A stretch of 64,000 nucleotides of DNA from Paramecium tetraurelia (Eukaryota): contig CT867997.1 of NCBI GenBank assembly GCA_000165425.1, forward strand, positions 434,001 to 498,000, in the 5' to 3' direction. Numbering within the stretch: the first letter of the stretch is position 1; every line of letters starts with the position of its first letter. The notes under the pieces were generated by a model that did no database searches, was not told where the DNA came from, and worked only from the letters and a program-made list of their open reading frames with translations. Both the position numbers and the translations under genes were made by a program. Positions 45,777 to 59,938 of this stretch are shown here, piece by piece.

Positions 45777-47467
45777 ATGGGTAGTGGGACATCAAACAAT
45801 CAATTAAACAATTATAGGTATCTATGATTTAAACTGGTAAGGATGCTATCGCTACTTTAAGAGCCAGAAAGACTGAAAACAGATCCAAGTGATTTTAATC
45901 TCAGATGGGATGATACAACTTTGTTTTCGCATAAAAATAAACTTAAACATTAGACTAATCTCCTTGAAATAGTCAGAAATGTTCCTTCAAAAATAGTTCT
46001 AAATTAAAATCCATCAAACTTACAAGCCTTCAATTCTAAGTCGCCAGGAATCAAAACGCCATTTCTTGACTATGTTACTACTAATCTGATTGATGTTGTT
46101 CGGAAATCAAACAAAATGGAGGTAAGAATGAGTATATTGTATGAGAAAGTAGAAATATCAATGGAAAAATATTTGAGTATTAAGGAATCCTAGATGCTGA
46201 GCTCTTAGAGGCAGAAACAACCCAGGAAATCTTTATAAGTCTAACACACTCTAGAGGTGGTCCAAACTTCGCATTTAGAGAAGAGCGTAAATGAAGAAGG
46301 CATGGCATAAATCAACTAATATACTATCTTAGAATCTCTGGGACAAGGAGCCTTTGGAAAAGTTAAAAAAGCATCAAATTTTAAAGGCGAAATCTTTGTA
46401 GATATATTAACTCGATTTCATAGGCGATTAAAATTGCAAATAAAAAAAAGCTGAAAAAGAAACTGCTTTCGAAATCAAATGCTTACACGATGCTTGAAAG
46501 AGAAATTGCAATCATGAAAAAAGTACAAAGACTCTAAAATAGATTTCTCATGAAAATGTTGTTCAATTATTTGAAGTCATTGATGACCCAAACAAAGATA
46601 AATTATACTTAGTGATGGAGTACATGGGCAAAGGAAGTATCTTAAGCAAAGGATTCTTTAAAAAATAGAAAACCTCTTCAAATATACTTGATGAAATTGA
46701 TGACAAAAATCCTGTCTCTAGATTAACAGAAGAGTAGTGTAGGCATTATTTTTCTGATTTTATCAAAGGATTATATTACTGTAACATAGTATTCATATTT
46801 AGTGCATGAATGTGTCAATGTGATTCACAGAGATATCAAACCAGAAAATCTATTAGTCAACATCGAAAATTAACTTAAAATTGCAGACTTTGGAGTTTCC
46901 CACATTATGGAAGATGGAGGAGATGGTCGAATATCAAATTAGACAGGTACTCAAGCATACTTAGCTCCAGAAGTATTTAAAGGTATGAATCCTCTCAATC
47001 ATTTAGGATAGAATTTCGATGGAAAGCCAGTTGATATTTGGGCAGGAGGAGTCACTTTATATTAAATGGTCTATGGAAAATTGCCATTCACAAGTTAAAA
47101 GTCTATGGAGTTAAGATAACAAATTTTGGAAGAGAAGTACAATATATTTGTGTTATTTAGTCCTCCTTTCTCGTAACCCTAAGGATTTTCTAGTTCAGTT
47201 ATTAAATTATTGCAGGGTTTATTATAAAAGGTTCCTGAGAAAAGGTTGAAAATTGATTAGATTATTATGGATGATTGGGTCACTGATTTTGGTAAGTAGC
47301 CAATTATTAATTAATATATTGAATATGTCGATGTCACAGAGATGGATATTCGATTTGCCTTAACTAGTCTCAATATTTAAATGGCTTTGAAAATAGTTGT
47401 AAAATTATTGTATCAGGCTAAGAAAGCTAGAAGGAAGATTGCAGAAAGAAAAAATATGAAAAAATGA
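45777..47467 (+). CDS. CaMKK-like Ser/Thr kinase with N-myristoylation signal
   Basis: MGSGTS start; LGQGAFGKV, REIAIMKK.SHENVVQLFEVIDDPNKDKLYLVMEY, HRDIKPEN, DFGVS, GTQAYLAPE. Confidence 0.9.
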
Positions 47468-47561
47468 TCATAAAATTATCTTTATATAGAACATCAATTT
47501 TATTATTTTGTATTTATGATTTATTACATAATGCAGAACTATAGAAATTATTATTATAATT

Positions 47562-48289
47562 ATGACTTATAGGTACAGTCAAGAATTAGCACTAAACATT
47601 TATGAAAAGCCTCCCCAAAATCCAGACTGGCTTCAAAAGTAAGAAAATATAGATTTGATCTTAAACAAGATTAAATAATAGAATCTGCTTAAAAGAATTC
47701 AATACACTATTAATGAATAGATACAAGTATTAAAAAATAATAAATTAAAGGAAATTGACCCTTTATTACTCAGAAGTCATCGATTAAACAAAAAATTGAA
47801 AGAATTTGATCACTATCATGAAGAATAAATCGAAACATATAGAAAGATTTTATAATCTGATAGAGAGTAAATAACAAATGCTATGTCTCAAAGAAGAAGA
47901 ATGGGGTCATTTGTGAAGCATGTGAGAAGCATTAGTACAACAGTATTGAAGCCGTAATATTTATAATTTTAGTAGTAGACATATTTAAATCAATAATATT
48001 GTAAATCCATAAAACAATGATAAAAAGGTTGAACATCAAGTTATTACAAGATAGAAAATCAAATCGATACAAGAAAATAGAAAAACAATTGATAATTGCT
48101 CCAAAAGACTTTAATAATTATTTAAGGAGGACTCATCGAATCAAGTTTCCAGAGTTCAGAGCCATTTGGAACAAAGATCGAAAATTAAAAAAAAATCAAT
48201 TGAGTTAATTCGAAACCTTTATTGATTTGATTTCTATATACTAAATTTGTTAATGTATCTTTTTTAAAGAAAATTTTAAAGCCGTGTGA
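47562..48289 (+). CDS. Hypothetical protein
   Basis: MTYRYSQELALNIYEKPPQNPDWL...; one short intron; 3' end approximate. Confidence 0.55.
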
Positions 48290-48329
48290 GCATGTAAATT
48301 TCAAAGCATAAATTACTTTACTTTTTAAA

Positions 48330-48988
48330 ATGAATACTTCTACTTCTATTACTAATAAGCACTAATCCTTCAAGAGAGTTAAAGAGAGACTTGTTTGTGA
48401 GGCAATTGAGAAAGTCGAGAGATGGAGATAAATGTTTACTGAAGGATTATAAACCAATAACGGAGAAATAATCAAAGTTACCTTGAATTAAGCTGCCGAA
48501 ATAGTTGGCATCCCCAAAAAAACGCTTGAAGATTATACTCAACTTTTCAAAAAAGTGAAATTACTTACTGCAGATATTAAGTAATTTTCTAATGAAAAGA
48601 TGGGATTTCTAAGAAGCTATTTGAGAAAGAATCAAAACAAACTTAAAAAAAAGCTTAAGGATATCAGGCTCAAAGAGCTTGAAGCCTAAAGAAAGACTCA
48701 AGAAATGATCTTGGAGTAAAATTTATTACTAAAATAAAAATTGCAGGAAGATCCTGAAACTACAGATAGTTGTGGATCTCAATAAGAATCATCCAATCTT
48801 ATAATATGTGATGATCAAAATTATATTGATACTGAAATATAATTTATATAGGTATTTCCATTTTCTAATATTATTAGGAAGAAAATTTAAATTTTGAAGA
48901 TTACGAAAGCCACTAATATTATTTTAACAGAGTGTCCAATTTCTAACAAGAAGAAGATATTGACAATTATTTCCAATCAACATAATGA
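48330..48988 (+). CDS. Ciliate-type helix-turn-helix protein
   Basis: KRVKERLVCEAIEKVERWR...TLNQAAEIVGIPKKTLEDY HTH pattern; acidic tail. Confidence 0.75.
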
Positions 48989-49602
48989 ATAAGAATTAAA
49001 TATTTATTTTTAGCACACATTAAACAAACATTATTTTTAGTTAGTTATAAAAATCCTGTTTTATATTAATATTAATTTTATAAATCCTAAAGAATATAAT
49101 ACGTAATACTATGCTTCATCCGAAATTAATCATAGTAAATTGATACACACAAGTTTTATTTGCGTATTAATAAAAAAAGATTAGAAAGTTCGAACTATGT
49201 TTTAATTGATTTATTTCAATCCTTTAAAAAAATCCATATAATATAAGATTAAGGATAATTTAGTAAGATTGTAATGAATGTCCAAATCGCAATTCGCTGA
49301 ATTAACGGTAGATTATAATTGCATATGATGAATGTTATTGATGAAAGGAATGATAATTTGACAAATTTGTAGATTTCATTATTAAGTATATATGTTAAGA
49401 AAAAGTAATTATAATAATTTATTTATTATACCAATGTATTGATTGTGGCCCTTATTTATAACACTTAAAGTAATTCTATGTTTATGGATTGAAGAATAAA
49501 ATAAATGTGAGAATTCTATCTTGAATTATTTGGGAATTGAGGCAAATTGTAAAATATAATCATGATTATATATTAACAAACTTTTGAATTTTAAAATAAA
49601 TA

Positions 49603-51423
49603 ATGAGTAAGCTATTCTTTTAAGATTTCTTATCATCTAGAACAAGATCTATGTAAGAGAGGAAGAAGATTGTTAAAACACAACAAGAAATAGAACGAAT
49701 AAGCGAAAGAAAAATTAGTGAAACATTAAAATCTAACGAACATATGGTTGACGAGTTAAGACTTTACAAAATGAAATTAGAGAAATAGGTTCAAGAGTAT
49801 TAATAAAAAGTACTGCATTTATGAAAAATAGAATTTAGAATTGGTTGAGAAGGTATCATATTTAGAAGTGCAGAATACGACATTGCAATATGAATTGGAA
49901 ACATCTCGACTCAAATTAGAAACAATAGCGAATACACAATAGTCATCATAAACATAATAAATCAATATATTGAAAGAATAGGTAGATTCATTAATTAAAT
50001 ATAAAACTGAGAATGAATCTTACAAGGTATAAGTAGGAACATTGAAAAATGAGAATCAAAACTTTTAGAAGGAGATTAAAGAATTAATAGAAACAAATGC
50101 CTCCATGAAATCCTAATATTAGAGTATAATGAAGGAGAATAAGAGATGTTAATAGTAGTTGGGCACTAGTTAAAATGAATTCTACAAATTATCTGAAAAG
50201 GTATTATAATGATGTCTATAATTTAGTTCAATCAATTCGAATCTATGTATCACAGTAAAATCAAATATTATGAGGAGCTACAGAAATAGTTTGAGTTAGA
50301 ATAGTAAAGAGAGAAGTTTCAATATTAAGAATTGGTTAGAGAATTGCACTTATTGGAGAATGAAAATTAATAATTATACAAATAGTTATAAATTACTTAA
50401 TTTGAAAAAGAAGAGAAAGATAAAAAGATATAAGATGAATAAAATTAATTAAAATTAGAATTAAACAAAATTTAAGACGAAAATAAAATATTGGAGAAAT
50501 CTCATAGAACTTTAAAAATAGAAAAAAAGGTTATTTATGATAATTAGAATCATATCAAATAGAAAATTAATAGGTTAGAATAAGAATTAAATTAGAAAGA
50601 GCAAATAATAAAATAAATGGAATAAGAGTTATAGGAAAAGATTCTAATAATTAACTAACTTGAGAACATTGCTTATGGATTAAAGCAGAGTGCAGAAGAA
50701 GGGAAAGAAAATACAAATTAAACATTATTATAATATAAGGATTTAATGAAGGAATGTGACTAATTGGAGCAACAAATAGCTAGGTTAGAACAGGATAATG
50801 ATATTGTAAAAAAGGAATATGAATAAATTTTGTATGAGTTAAAAGATCTACAACAAGAAAACCGATAATTACAAGAAAGAAATGCTTTACTTATCAAAGA
50901 TAATTAATAAATCTAAATTGAGAATACTAATCTATAAATGGAGATCTAGAATTTAAATTAAAGAGTTGTTGAACTATAGTAATACGCAGTGGAATTTTAA
51001 AGGGAACTTAAAGATCATATAGAACAACAAAGCAAAATCAATTAATAAAGATCTTTTTAAAATTCTCAATATTTATAGAATTCAGCTACTTTGAGTAATC
51101 AAAGAAATAGTTACAATTCAATACAAAGAGGTACAGATGATTCTTAAGCTATGGGCAATCAATCACCATTATCTAATTAGACTACAACAGTGAATCAATT
51201 AAAAAAGTTAGTTAAATAACAATGTGTAGAGGGAAATCCAAACATTGGTTAATAATCTATTGAAAATACGAAAAGACATTAAGCTAGGACTGATCATTTT
51301 TCGAATTCAAGCAAACTCTAAACTGATAGACAAATAGATGATCACTCTAAAGAAAATTGTCTATAAATCTTACAGGATAAATACTATGCTTTAAGGAACA
51401 GAATTTATGAATAAAAAAAATGA
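49603..51423 (+). CDS. Long coiled-coil protein
   Basis: E/Q/K-rich heptad sequence in code 6 with short introns. Confidence 0.7.
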
Positions 51424-51466
51424 TAATTATAACTTATTAATTTATATATAGTAAACAAATATATAA

Positions 51467-52525
51467 TCAACAATTCTTGTGCTTAACTCTTAATGGGTTC
51501 AAATCTTATTCTTAATGTTTTGATCTTATGAGTTTAGGCTTGACGCAGATTTGATGATTTGTTATAATATTAAGAGGCATTCTTGCGTTTTACGTAACTC
51601 TAGTTACAGGAGGCATAGATTTGCAAGTAGTAAGTGTATTAGGTGACAAGGCTCTTGAAACACTTTTTGTATTGCTTAATGAATTGTTTTATAAAAGATT
51701 ATTGAGTTGACCATATGTGTCAATCAACAATTGATTTTAATTTTCTTCAAGCTAAGCTTATAGTTAATGTGGACTAGGGAACATAACCAAAAAATTACTA
51801 CAGAGGATGCAACCGACATTGTTTTCTCATGTATAAAACGATTGCCATAGCCAAAATCTTAGTGTTAATTTACATCAATTAAGGTATTTTGGTTACTTAA
51901 TAGGCAATTTTAGAATGGTCTTTTAGCATTTTACAACAAACAAAATTGATAATGTTGTTATCCAGAATTCCATCATTAGTGTCTGTTGAGAAGACTACTC
52001 CAATGCATAGGAGACTTTAGACTTGTTCATATAGAGTGCTGACTTTTAGTTTCCTATGGGAATAAGCATATTAAATTACCAATTTAATGTTTTTAAAACT
52101 AAGCATTCTGCCTATTTGTATTCATTTTTATTTAAGTTTAAATCACTTGCTTTAGACAATTTGCTCATCCCTGGAATATGAGTATCATCTTCGATCATTT
52201 TCGAACTAACCATCAAACACAACAATGATATTAATTTTTAATTTTGAAATTGAAGTAAGTGTTGACATCTATCCAAGTAGTAAATGGCTAAATGAAAAGT
52301 TTGATCAGTTAATTATAAGCGCTGTTTAGTTTAAAAGAGGAAATCAATTAGTTCTTCTCTTCGTTCATAATTTGGGTTTATGTTGCTTAGATCTTCGAAT
52401 AGATTTTTGGCTTATTGATGACTCTTAAAGTTATTATGCTTATAAGCAACAGATCCATCTTTATAAACAGCTATTCCACATAATTTGCATATGTTTTTCT
52501 TTGGTTTATGTTGGCAGTTTAGCAT
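51467..52525 (-). CDS. Divergent cyclin
   Basis: RREELIDFLF...LTDQTFHLAIYYLDR...LISLLCLMVSSKMIE cyclin box, preceded by a Cys/His motif (CQH..CKLCG). Confidence 0.85.
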
Positions 52526-52554
52526 TCGTTAAAAATTAAATATATATATAAAAA

Positions 52555-53373
52555 TCACAAAGCATGAATACTTTTGCTTAGGACCCTTTTTTCTTCATTT
52601 GGAATATTGTGTTTCCGATTCATATTTTTAATGAGTTTTTTAGCAGTTCTTTTTGCCATCATAATAGTCCAAAAATCCTCATGTTAGGAATTTTATGCTT
52701 TTTTTGGATCTTTCTTTACCAAAACTTCAAAATGCCTCTATTTTTAAAGGTGAAAATCAGTTTATTTTCTTCTCATTTCCTCCACTTCATGTTGTAATCT
52801 GAGAAATGTAGTTATATCTTTGCAATCTATATCCACATATATTTCTTTGTCTATTTTATATTCATCCAATTTCACTAGACTATTATTTGTTAATTCTGAA
52901 TTTTGACATAAGCTACGTAAAAACTGAATTTCTTTTTTTTAAGGTCTTGGTTAGCTTCTTTAAGTGGGAACATGCTTTTAGGGAGAGGGTTGAGGAGTAA
53001 AGATATTCTAATTTATAGAGTATTTGAATACCATGCCTAGTTTTTTGATTGAACGTATTGCACGATTTTAATCATCCTTTTCACCAATGCCTTCAGAGCT
53101 TGTAGAACTACTAGACGAGGAGACATTGAATTCGAATTATTAGGCTTGTCTGTCACCTAATATTTAAGCATTTTATCTATTAGAACTTCTAGATGCTTAA
53201 TTTATTTTGGTTTTCCTGGGAGGTTTTAATTGTTATTTACTTTTTTCGATGAGAGAGAGCCTGTGATCGATTCTGATTTGAGACCTGCTGTTGATAATGT
53301 CTTTTGATGATCTCATCTCTCTAGAAACTAATGATTGAAACTTAAATGCTCCGATGCCTAATTAATTATCCAT
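52555..53373 (-). CDS. Hypothetical basic protein
   Basis: Open frame MDNQLGIGAFKFQSLVSREMRSSK...; short introns; ends RVLSKSIHAL*. Confidence 0.6.
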
Positions 53374-53376
53374 TAA

Positions 53377-54640
53377 ATGAATTAATAGGCAGAAAAACTA
53401 CGTCTTTATGCCCAAGAAAATGTGGTGTTTCTACTCTAGAAATTGATGGAGGACATTCTAGCCCAACAGCCAAAAAATGTGGTATGATCAGACCAAAATA
53501 TTAGATTGATTGGTCAATTGCTTGGTTAGATAAAAAGGGAAGGGATATTGTTAAATCCAGATAGAAATAAAATGCACATTCCTCTTCCTCTGATGACGAA
53601 GTTATAGAATTGCCTAAAAGACCTGTTGCTGCTAGGAAATAAAGAGCTTCTATTTCAGCTGAAGCATACGGATAATACAATAGAAAGGAGGTGTATATTT
53701 AATATTAAAATAACAGTCATTTTAACCTAGAGTGATTGTCAAGACTCAATAATAGAAGGAAAAAATAGGTAAAAGATTGGAGCAATCATTCATGTTTGCA
53801 TCACTCGATTAGAAAGAAAAAGATATTGTAATTGATGCAATGGAAGAACGTAGTTATAAGTAAACATTGATATGCAATAGAGTAGTGCAGAGGACTGGGT
53901 CATCAAATAAGGAGACAATGGGGATAATTTATACGTTGTAGATTAAGGGGAGTTGAATTGTTATAAGAGATTTACAAAAGATGGGGAAAACAAATTTTTA
54001 AAAGTTTACTATCCTGGAGAATCATTTGGAGAGTTAGCCTTATTGTACAATGCACCACGAGCTGCCTCAATTCCAGGGTAAAACTAATTCTGTCTTGTTT
54101 GCATTAGACAGATAAACATTTAATCACATTGTTAAGGATGCAGCAATGAAGTATTCATTACCTATTACATTTCTAGAAAGAGGGAGAAATATGTAAATGT
54201 CCTTAAGTAGATTGAATTGCTTTCAATGATGGATCCATATGAAAGATCTCATGTTGCAGATGCTATTAGAAGTGCCGTTTTCTAAAAAGGGGATTACGTT
54301 ATTCGAGAAGGAGAATAAGGAGATATTTTCTATATGATAGAGGAAGGTGAATTAATAGCAACCAAAACTTTGATTCAAGGATAAGAACCCACTAAAGTCT
54401 TTTAATATAAAGCAGGTGACTATTTTGGAGAATTAGCCTTACTCAAGGACATTCCAAGGTAAGCCAATGTTGTTGCTGAAGTAAAATTTATTATTCACTC
54501 TTTTATAGACAGAAGTTAAATTGATATATTTGGATAGACATAGTTTCAAAAGAATGTTAGGGCCTTTAGAAGACATATTAAAAAGAAACACTGAGAAATA
54601 TGAAAAATATGAGTAATATTGGATCAACTAAGGTAAATGA
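53377..54640 (+). CDS. PKAR: cAMP-dependent protein kinase regulatory subunit (with an apparent +1 frameshift near 54073)
   Basis: N-terminal dimerisation-like helix, inhibitor site KQRASISAE, two CNB domains (FGELALLYNAPRAAS; FGELALLKDIPRQAN). Confidence 0.93.
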
Positions 54641-55189
54641 AAAAATTATATAACAATTAAATCTTTCTCTTTTTTTGTGTTTCTTTTCAACTTTGAAAAA
54701 TTCTATTGATTTTTCAATTTATTGATACTCTTCATTAATAAATAAATCTTAGATATTAATATACTTCAAGATAGAAGATAATATAATAATATTTACTATA
54801 TTCCTCAATTTTAATTGTTTTTCTTGACCTAAATTCTTAATAGAGAAAAAACCATTTGATAAAAGATCGAAAATGTAAAGCAGGATTTGTTGATGTAAAA
54901 GTTTATAAAATTCTCTTAAAAAATTATAATTTAATATTTTTTTTGTTCTGTGCCTCTTCATTTATGGTTGCATACCTTCGTTTCAATATTTTACTAAACA
55001 ATGAGTGCGCTTTGTTTCTTGAAAGACTCAAATACTATACTTTTAATTTTGATCCTCAATATTGAGTATATATATAATAATTAAACTCATTTTAATAAAA
55101 AACATAATTTGTTTTGATTTCTAAGTTTTTAGGTTTATGGATGAGTGAATGTATCTAATTTAAATAAATATCTCAATTTTCTCAATCAA

Positions 55190-55828
55190 ATGTCTCAATC
55201 ATTACCTATTCATGCTGAATAACGCAAGTTATTTGTTTTGCAGCAAGTCAGCGCACTTGAAACTCTCTTTTAGAAGTGGATCAACTCCAACAATCTAAAC
55301 GAAGAACAAAACCTATCCTCTCAAATCGAAGAGCAAGTCACGCAAAGTCAAACAGCCACACATATTTCTCATTTTCAAGGTTTCTTAACCTACCTCCGTT
55401 CACTGAATAATAACGAATTGGAATGTCACACCATCAAATCTCTATAATAGCACTTTGACTACATGCAATAGGTCCTGGAGAATGAGGTTAAACTCTATTC
55501 ATAACGCCAAATTCTCAAGGATCAAAATCAATAGGACAATAAGAAGGGCCACAAGTTTTCAAAAAAGTCTAATATTATTCTCAAAGGTTGGTTATATAAG
55601 CATTTTTCATACCCTTATCCAACGAAAGAATAAACAATCCAATTGGCTGAGAAGTGCGATCTTACATGCAAATAGGTAGCTCTTTTATTTGACAATTAGA
55701 TTTAAATTTGGTTTATAAATGCAAGAGGGAGGATTGCCAATAAAACTTATGAAGAAAAGAAATTTAAGAATATTGTTAAATACAAATACCTATCAATAAA
55801 CAAAGTACAAGAAAAATCAAGAGAATGA
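55190..55828 (+). CDS. TALE-class homeodomain protein
   Basis: FSKKSNIILKGWLYKHFSYPYPT...LAEKCDLTCKQ, intron, IQIWFINARGR. Confidence 0.88.
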
Positions 55829-56048
55829 ATTTTATAGATCAAACATCAATATATATTTTATGACATTTAATTGGGTCTTCTGTTTAAATTATTTATATAT
55901 AGATGTTGATTAGGCTATTCAATATTAATTAAAAATCAATTATTTTTAGTAAAAAAATATGAAAATATCTCAAACATCAAAATACAAATATCAACCAATT
56001 TTGTTTATTTGAATGCGGATAAAATAACCATTAAATATATATTAATTA

Positions 56049-57578
56049 TCAAGATAAGTATGTGAATTCCTTAGCTTTAAGTTCGTATAATTTTGAGTTA
56101 TTTATTCTGATTTTCTACATTAAATCAGTCATCTCCTGTTTCAAGTGTTATTTCTATTATTCAGATAATTGAGTGTTCTTCGAGAACTACTAGAATTATG
56201 TTTAGTAATTATTATTTAATCGAAACGCTTCCTTTTCAACTTCAATTATTTGTGAAAGTAATAATTTATATTCAAGATCTCTTGTAGATGTTTATGGTTA
56301 CTATTAATATAGTAAATCATTTTAAGAATGAGACGTTGTTAATTACAGAGTTTTATCATTATGCAAGGCATTATAAATTTCTTTCTTATCATCATCATTT
56401 AATTCAGATTCTTCATCAAAATTCTGTTTCTCTACCTCTATTTTTTGTGATAAGTCTTATATTTAAAGGTTAAATTAATTAATAAGTTCATCATTCATTT
56501 ATTTCAACTGCTCATGTTGAATTTACAGTTATTCTAATTAAGATTTTAAGTTAATTAATTCTGAATCTTTAAAGAGTAGTTATTATTTTAACTGTCTATT
56601 TAAATCTTCTAAGTCTTCTATTATTAATTCTTATTCCTACAATTATTGATGATAAGTGCTGTTTTTACTTCTTAATTCTTACATTGCACATGAGACTTCT
56701 GTTTAGACTTACTACATCTAGGCTTCGAAAAATCCTTTTATATCAGTATACTACTTTTATAGCTTTTAGATCTCTTATTTTTAATGAGAGACAAGCTCTT
56801 TATAAGTGGTTTCTAGTTCCTTTATTTATTCCTATTAATCTTATTTTTCTTTCACTAATATGGCATTTTAGTTTTTCATTTCTTAATAAAGTTTTTATTG
56901 ATAATGCAATTGCTTTTCATATTATTATTCATTATCCTCGATTGATAACCTCTAATCTAATTTTAATTTATTCAGCATTTGCCTTTCCTTTCTTAATTCA
57001 TCTAGAGTGTTCTGAAGTAGACTATCCTAATCGTTTCTACATACTTCTATGTTCTTATATCGTTCATTTTGCAATTGCATTTATTACTTCATTTCTTCTA
57101 GTTGTAATTTATATTGTCGATTGATTGAATCAATACATTAATCCTTTTCTAATTTTAGTTGACTTAATTATAATTCATAGGATTGCAACAATTATTTATG
57201 ATCTAAATCTAAGGCAATGTACTGTTATTATAGATTTTGATAGATAGTATTGATTTCATTAATAGTGCTTTATTAATTTTAATAATTTTTTAACTGCTCT
57301 TTCAAACTATCGTTATCTGTTTTGAGCTCCAGATTTTTTCTTTACAAAGCCTATAGAGCTTAAATTTATGAATTGCTTCTTTGAGTTGTCTTGTCAGGTG
57401 TTTAAATTCTAGTGTGATAATTGGATCGTTGATCATTTGAGATTGAAAATGAATTTTCTTTGTTAGTAGAATTTTAGAGGTGAGGCAGAGGAGCAATTTA
57501 AGCCATATATTAATCAAAGATTTTTTGAACTTTCACACTGCTGCTTCTAATAGAGCATGTGGATGTGTCGTTGTCCAT
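56049..57578 (-). CDS. Coiled-coil protein
   Basis: MDNDTSTCSIRSSSVKVQKIFDQY followed by Q/E-rich heptads. Confidence 0.7.
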
Positions 57579-57802
57579 TCTTATAACTTATTTAATTTAA
57601 ATAATATTTCGAGAATTCTTTTAGGGAAGTATAAAGCTACTCTAAAAAGAATGATATTATCAAAGAGCATATAGATGTCTTTAAAATAAATTAATAAATT
57701 GAATATAACATATTGGATTCTCAACTTCTACTATGTCTAATTATTAAAAACCTTTTGAATTGGAATTATTATAATAAATATAAATCAAACTAGAATTCTG
57801 TA

Positions 57803-59810
57803 ATGGATGAAACATTTAAGATGGATCATTATTTAAGGCCAATTATCATTATGAGAATAGATGAGCCTCAAAATGAATAGCAACTGAAAAAAACTAAAAA
57901 CAGTAATGACACTTAATGGAAGAAGTATGAAATCATATTAGAAAAATTCCATCGAGATGCAGCTGCTGCAGAAGAAACCTTGATATAATTTGCGGAGCCG
58001 AGTTCCACAACCACCAACATTCAGACTTTCATCATTACATTTTATTCTCTATATACTGCAATGACTCTTGGCTGGAATGAAGAGCGCATTAAAAGTGAAA
58101 TCGACAGATTAGCTAAGAATGAGAGAATTCCAAAGGACATTACTGATTTCATTGAAAAGAATACTCAATATTTCAACAGAGCGTATTTTTATTTGGAAAA
58201 AGACTCTTATTACATTGACATAGAAATGAAATTATTGTAAGAATTGAAACACCGAAAATTTGGGTAGATGCACAACTTAACAAGCATTGAGAATTACGAG
58301 AGATAAGATAGCCTATTGAATGACAACAAAACATTTGTTAAATTTAAAATCAAAGCTAATGAACACTTTAGTGTTAATAGAGAATTGGTGGAAGATTTCA
58401 ATGTACCTGTTAAACAAGAATTCGATTATCTAAAAGACTTGGAAAATACAAAGCAAGACATATAAAAGAAGCTGTAACAATTTAGAATGAAGGCTATCTA
58501 TTAGTTATATAGTCATTAGAATAGAGCCTTGAAGAAAATATTCTAAAATGACAAAGCTCATTCTGGAGTTATTATTTTACCTTGTGGTGCAGGCAAAACT
58601 CTGCTTGGAATCAATGTGGCTTTAAAAATCAAGAGAAAAACACTTATTATATGCGATTAGGTTAATGATGTCTATTAATGGTAAAAGTCTTTTATTAAGT
58701 TTACGGAAATGGATAAAAACAATTTAGCTATTATTTTGAGAACCTAATAAGAAGTACCTATGGCAGTCTTAGGAAGGGAACACATCATAGTGATTACAAA
58801 CAAGGACATGATTTCATCAAATAGAAAGGACATCAAACATGTAACTACTTTGGAATGGCCATTATTGATTATGGATGAAGTCCATGGTTTGCCTGCAGAA
58901 TAGATAAATGCTGAAATTTCAAAATTGAAAGCAAATATGAAAATTGGTCTAACTGCAACACCTTACAGATAGGATAATAAAATCAAGGAGATTTTTTATA
59001 AAGTAGGTCCTAAATTACATGAATCCATGATTGTGGATCTTAAATAAATGGGATATGTCAGTAAAATCTATTGCATCTAAGTTTATGTTGGCATGTAGGA
59101 TCTGTATAAACAAAAATATGAGGAGTACAGAAGAGTCAATAATCAATTTGTTACTAATACTTTGTATTAAATGAATGTAAATATGAATATTTAAATAGCC
59201 TAAAAAATTCGAAGTCTTATAAAGTTTAATCAATATACACAGAACTAGAAAGGATAAGATCCTGGTATTCTGTGAGAAAGTCAACAAATTAGCAGATACT
59301 GGCACTCTTGAGAAATTTGCTAAACTTAATAATTGTCCTATTATTAGTCAGAAGGTTGAATAAACAGAAAGATCAGCTATCTATAAATTATATCAAGAGG
59401 ATAAATTAGATGTTATTATTTTCGGTTAGATTGCCGATCAAGGTTTGGATTTGCCATCTGCAAATGTGGGAATTCAGATTAGTTTTAATTTCAAGTCTGT
59501 TCGATAAGAGTTTTAAAGAATGGGTAGAATTCAAAGAAAAAAGGAAAATTAAATTGGGGAGTATGATTGTTTCTTCTATTCAATTGTAACTAAGGGAACA
59601 AGAGAAGTAGAAATACAATTTGAGAGATAAATTGCCGTAATTAATTAGGGATACCCTTATGAAATTATTTCAGCAGACGAACTCAAACCTCCTCAATCAG
59701 AAGCAGATAAAAAATTATAATTGGATAAGATTGTAGATGAAATGCAAAGGAAGGTTCTAGAGACTTGCACATAGAAAGGAGATGATGATAGGGAAGAAGA
59801 TGGTTATTGA
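57803..59810 (+). CDS. XPB: Divergent XPB/Ssl2/ERCC3-family DNA helicase
   Basis: XPB N-domain (FAEP...FIITFYSLYTAM), SGVIILPCGAGKT, MDEVH, GLTATP, MNPKKF, DQGLDLPSAN, RQEFQRMGRIQR. Confidence 0.9.
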
Positions 59811-59938
59811 AGGTTATACAAAATATAAAAATATTATTAAATTATTATATTGTAAAATAGAAGAGATAAGATGTCTATTTACATTCTATATATATATATA
59901 AGGCATTTGTGAAATTAATTAAGTTATATTTGAAGAAA

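Noticed and set aside
56684..57124. 146-aa hydrophobic plus-strand ORF (also similar ORFs at 33462, 41342, 15118 and 22732)
   Set aside because: These are antisense shadows of Q/E/K-rich genes on the opposite strand.
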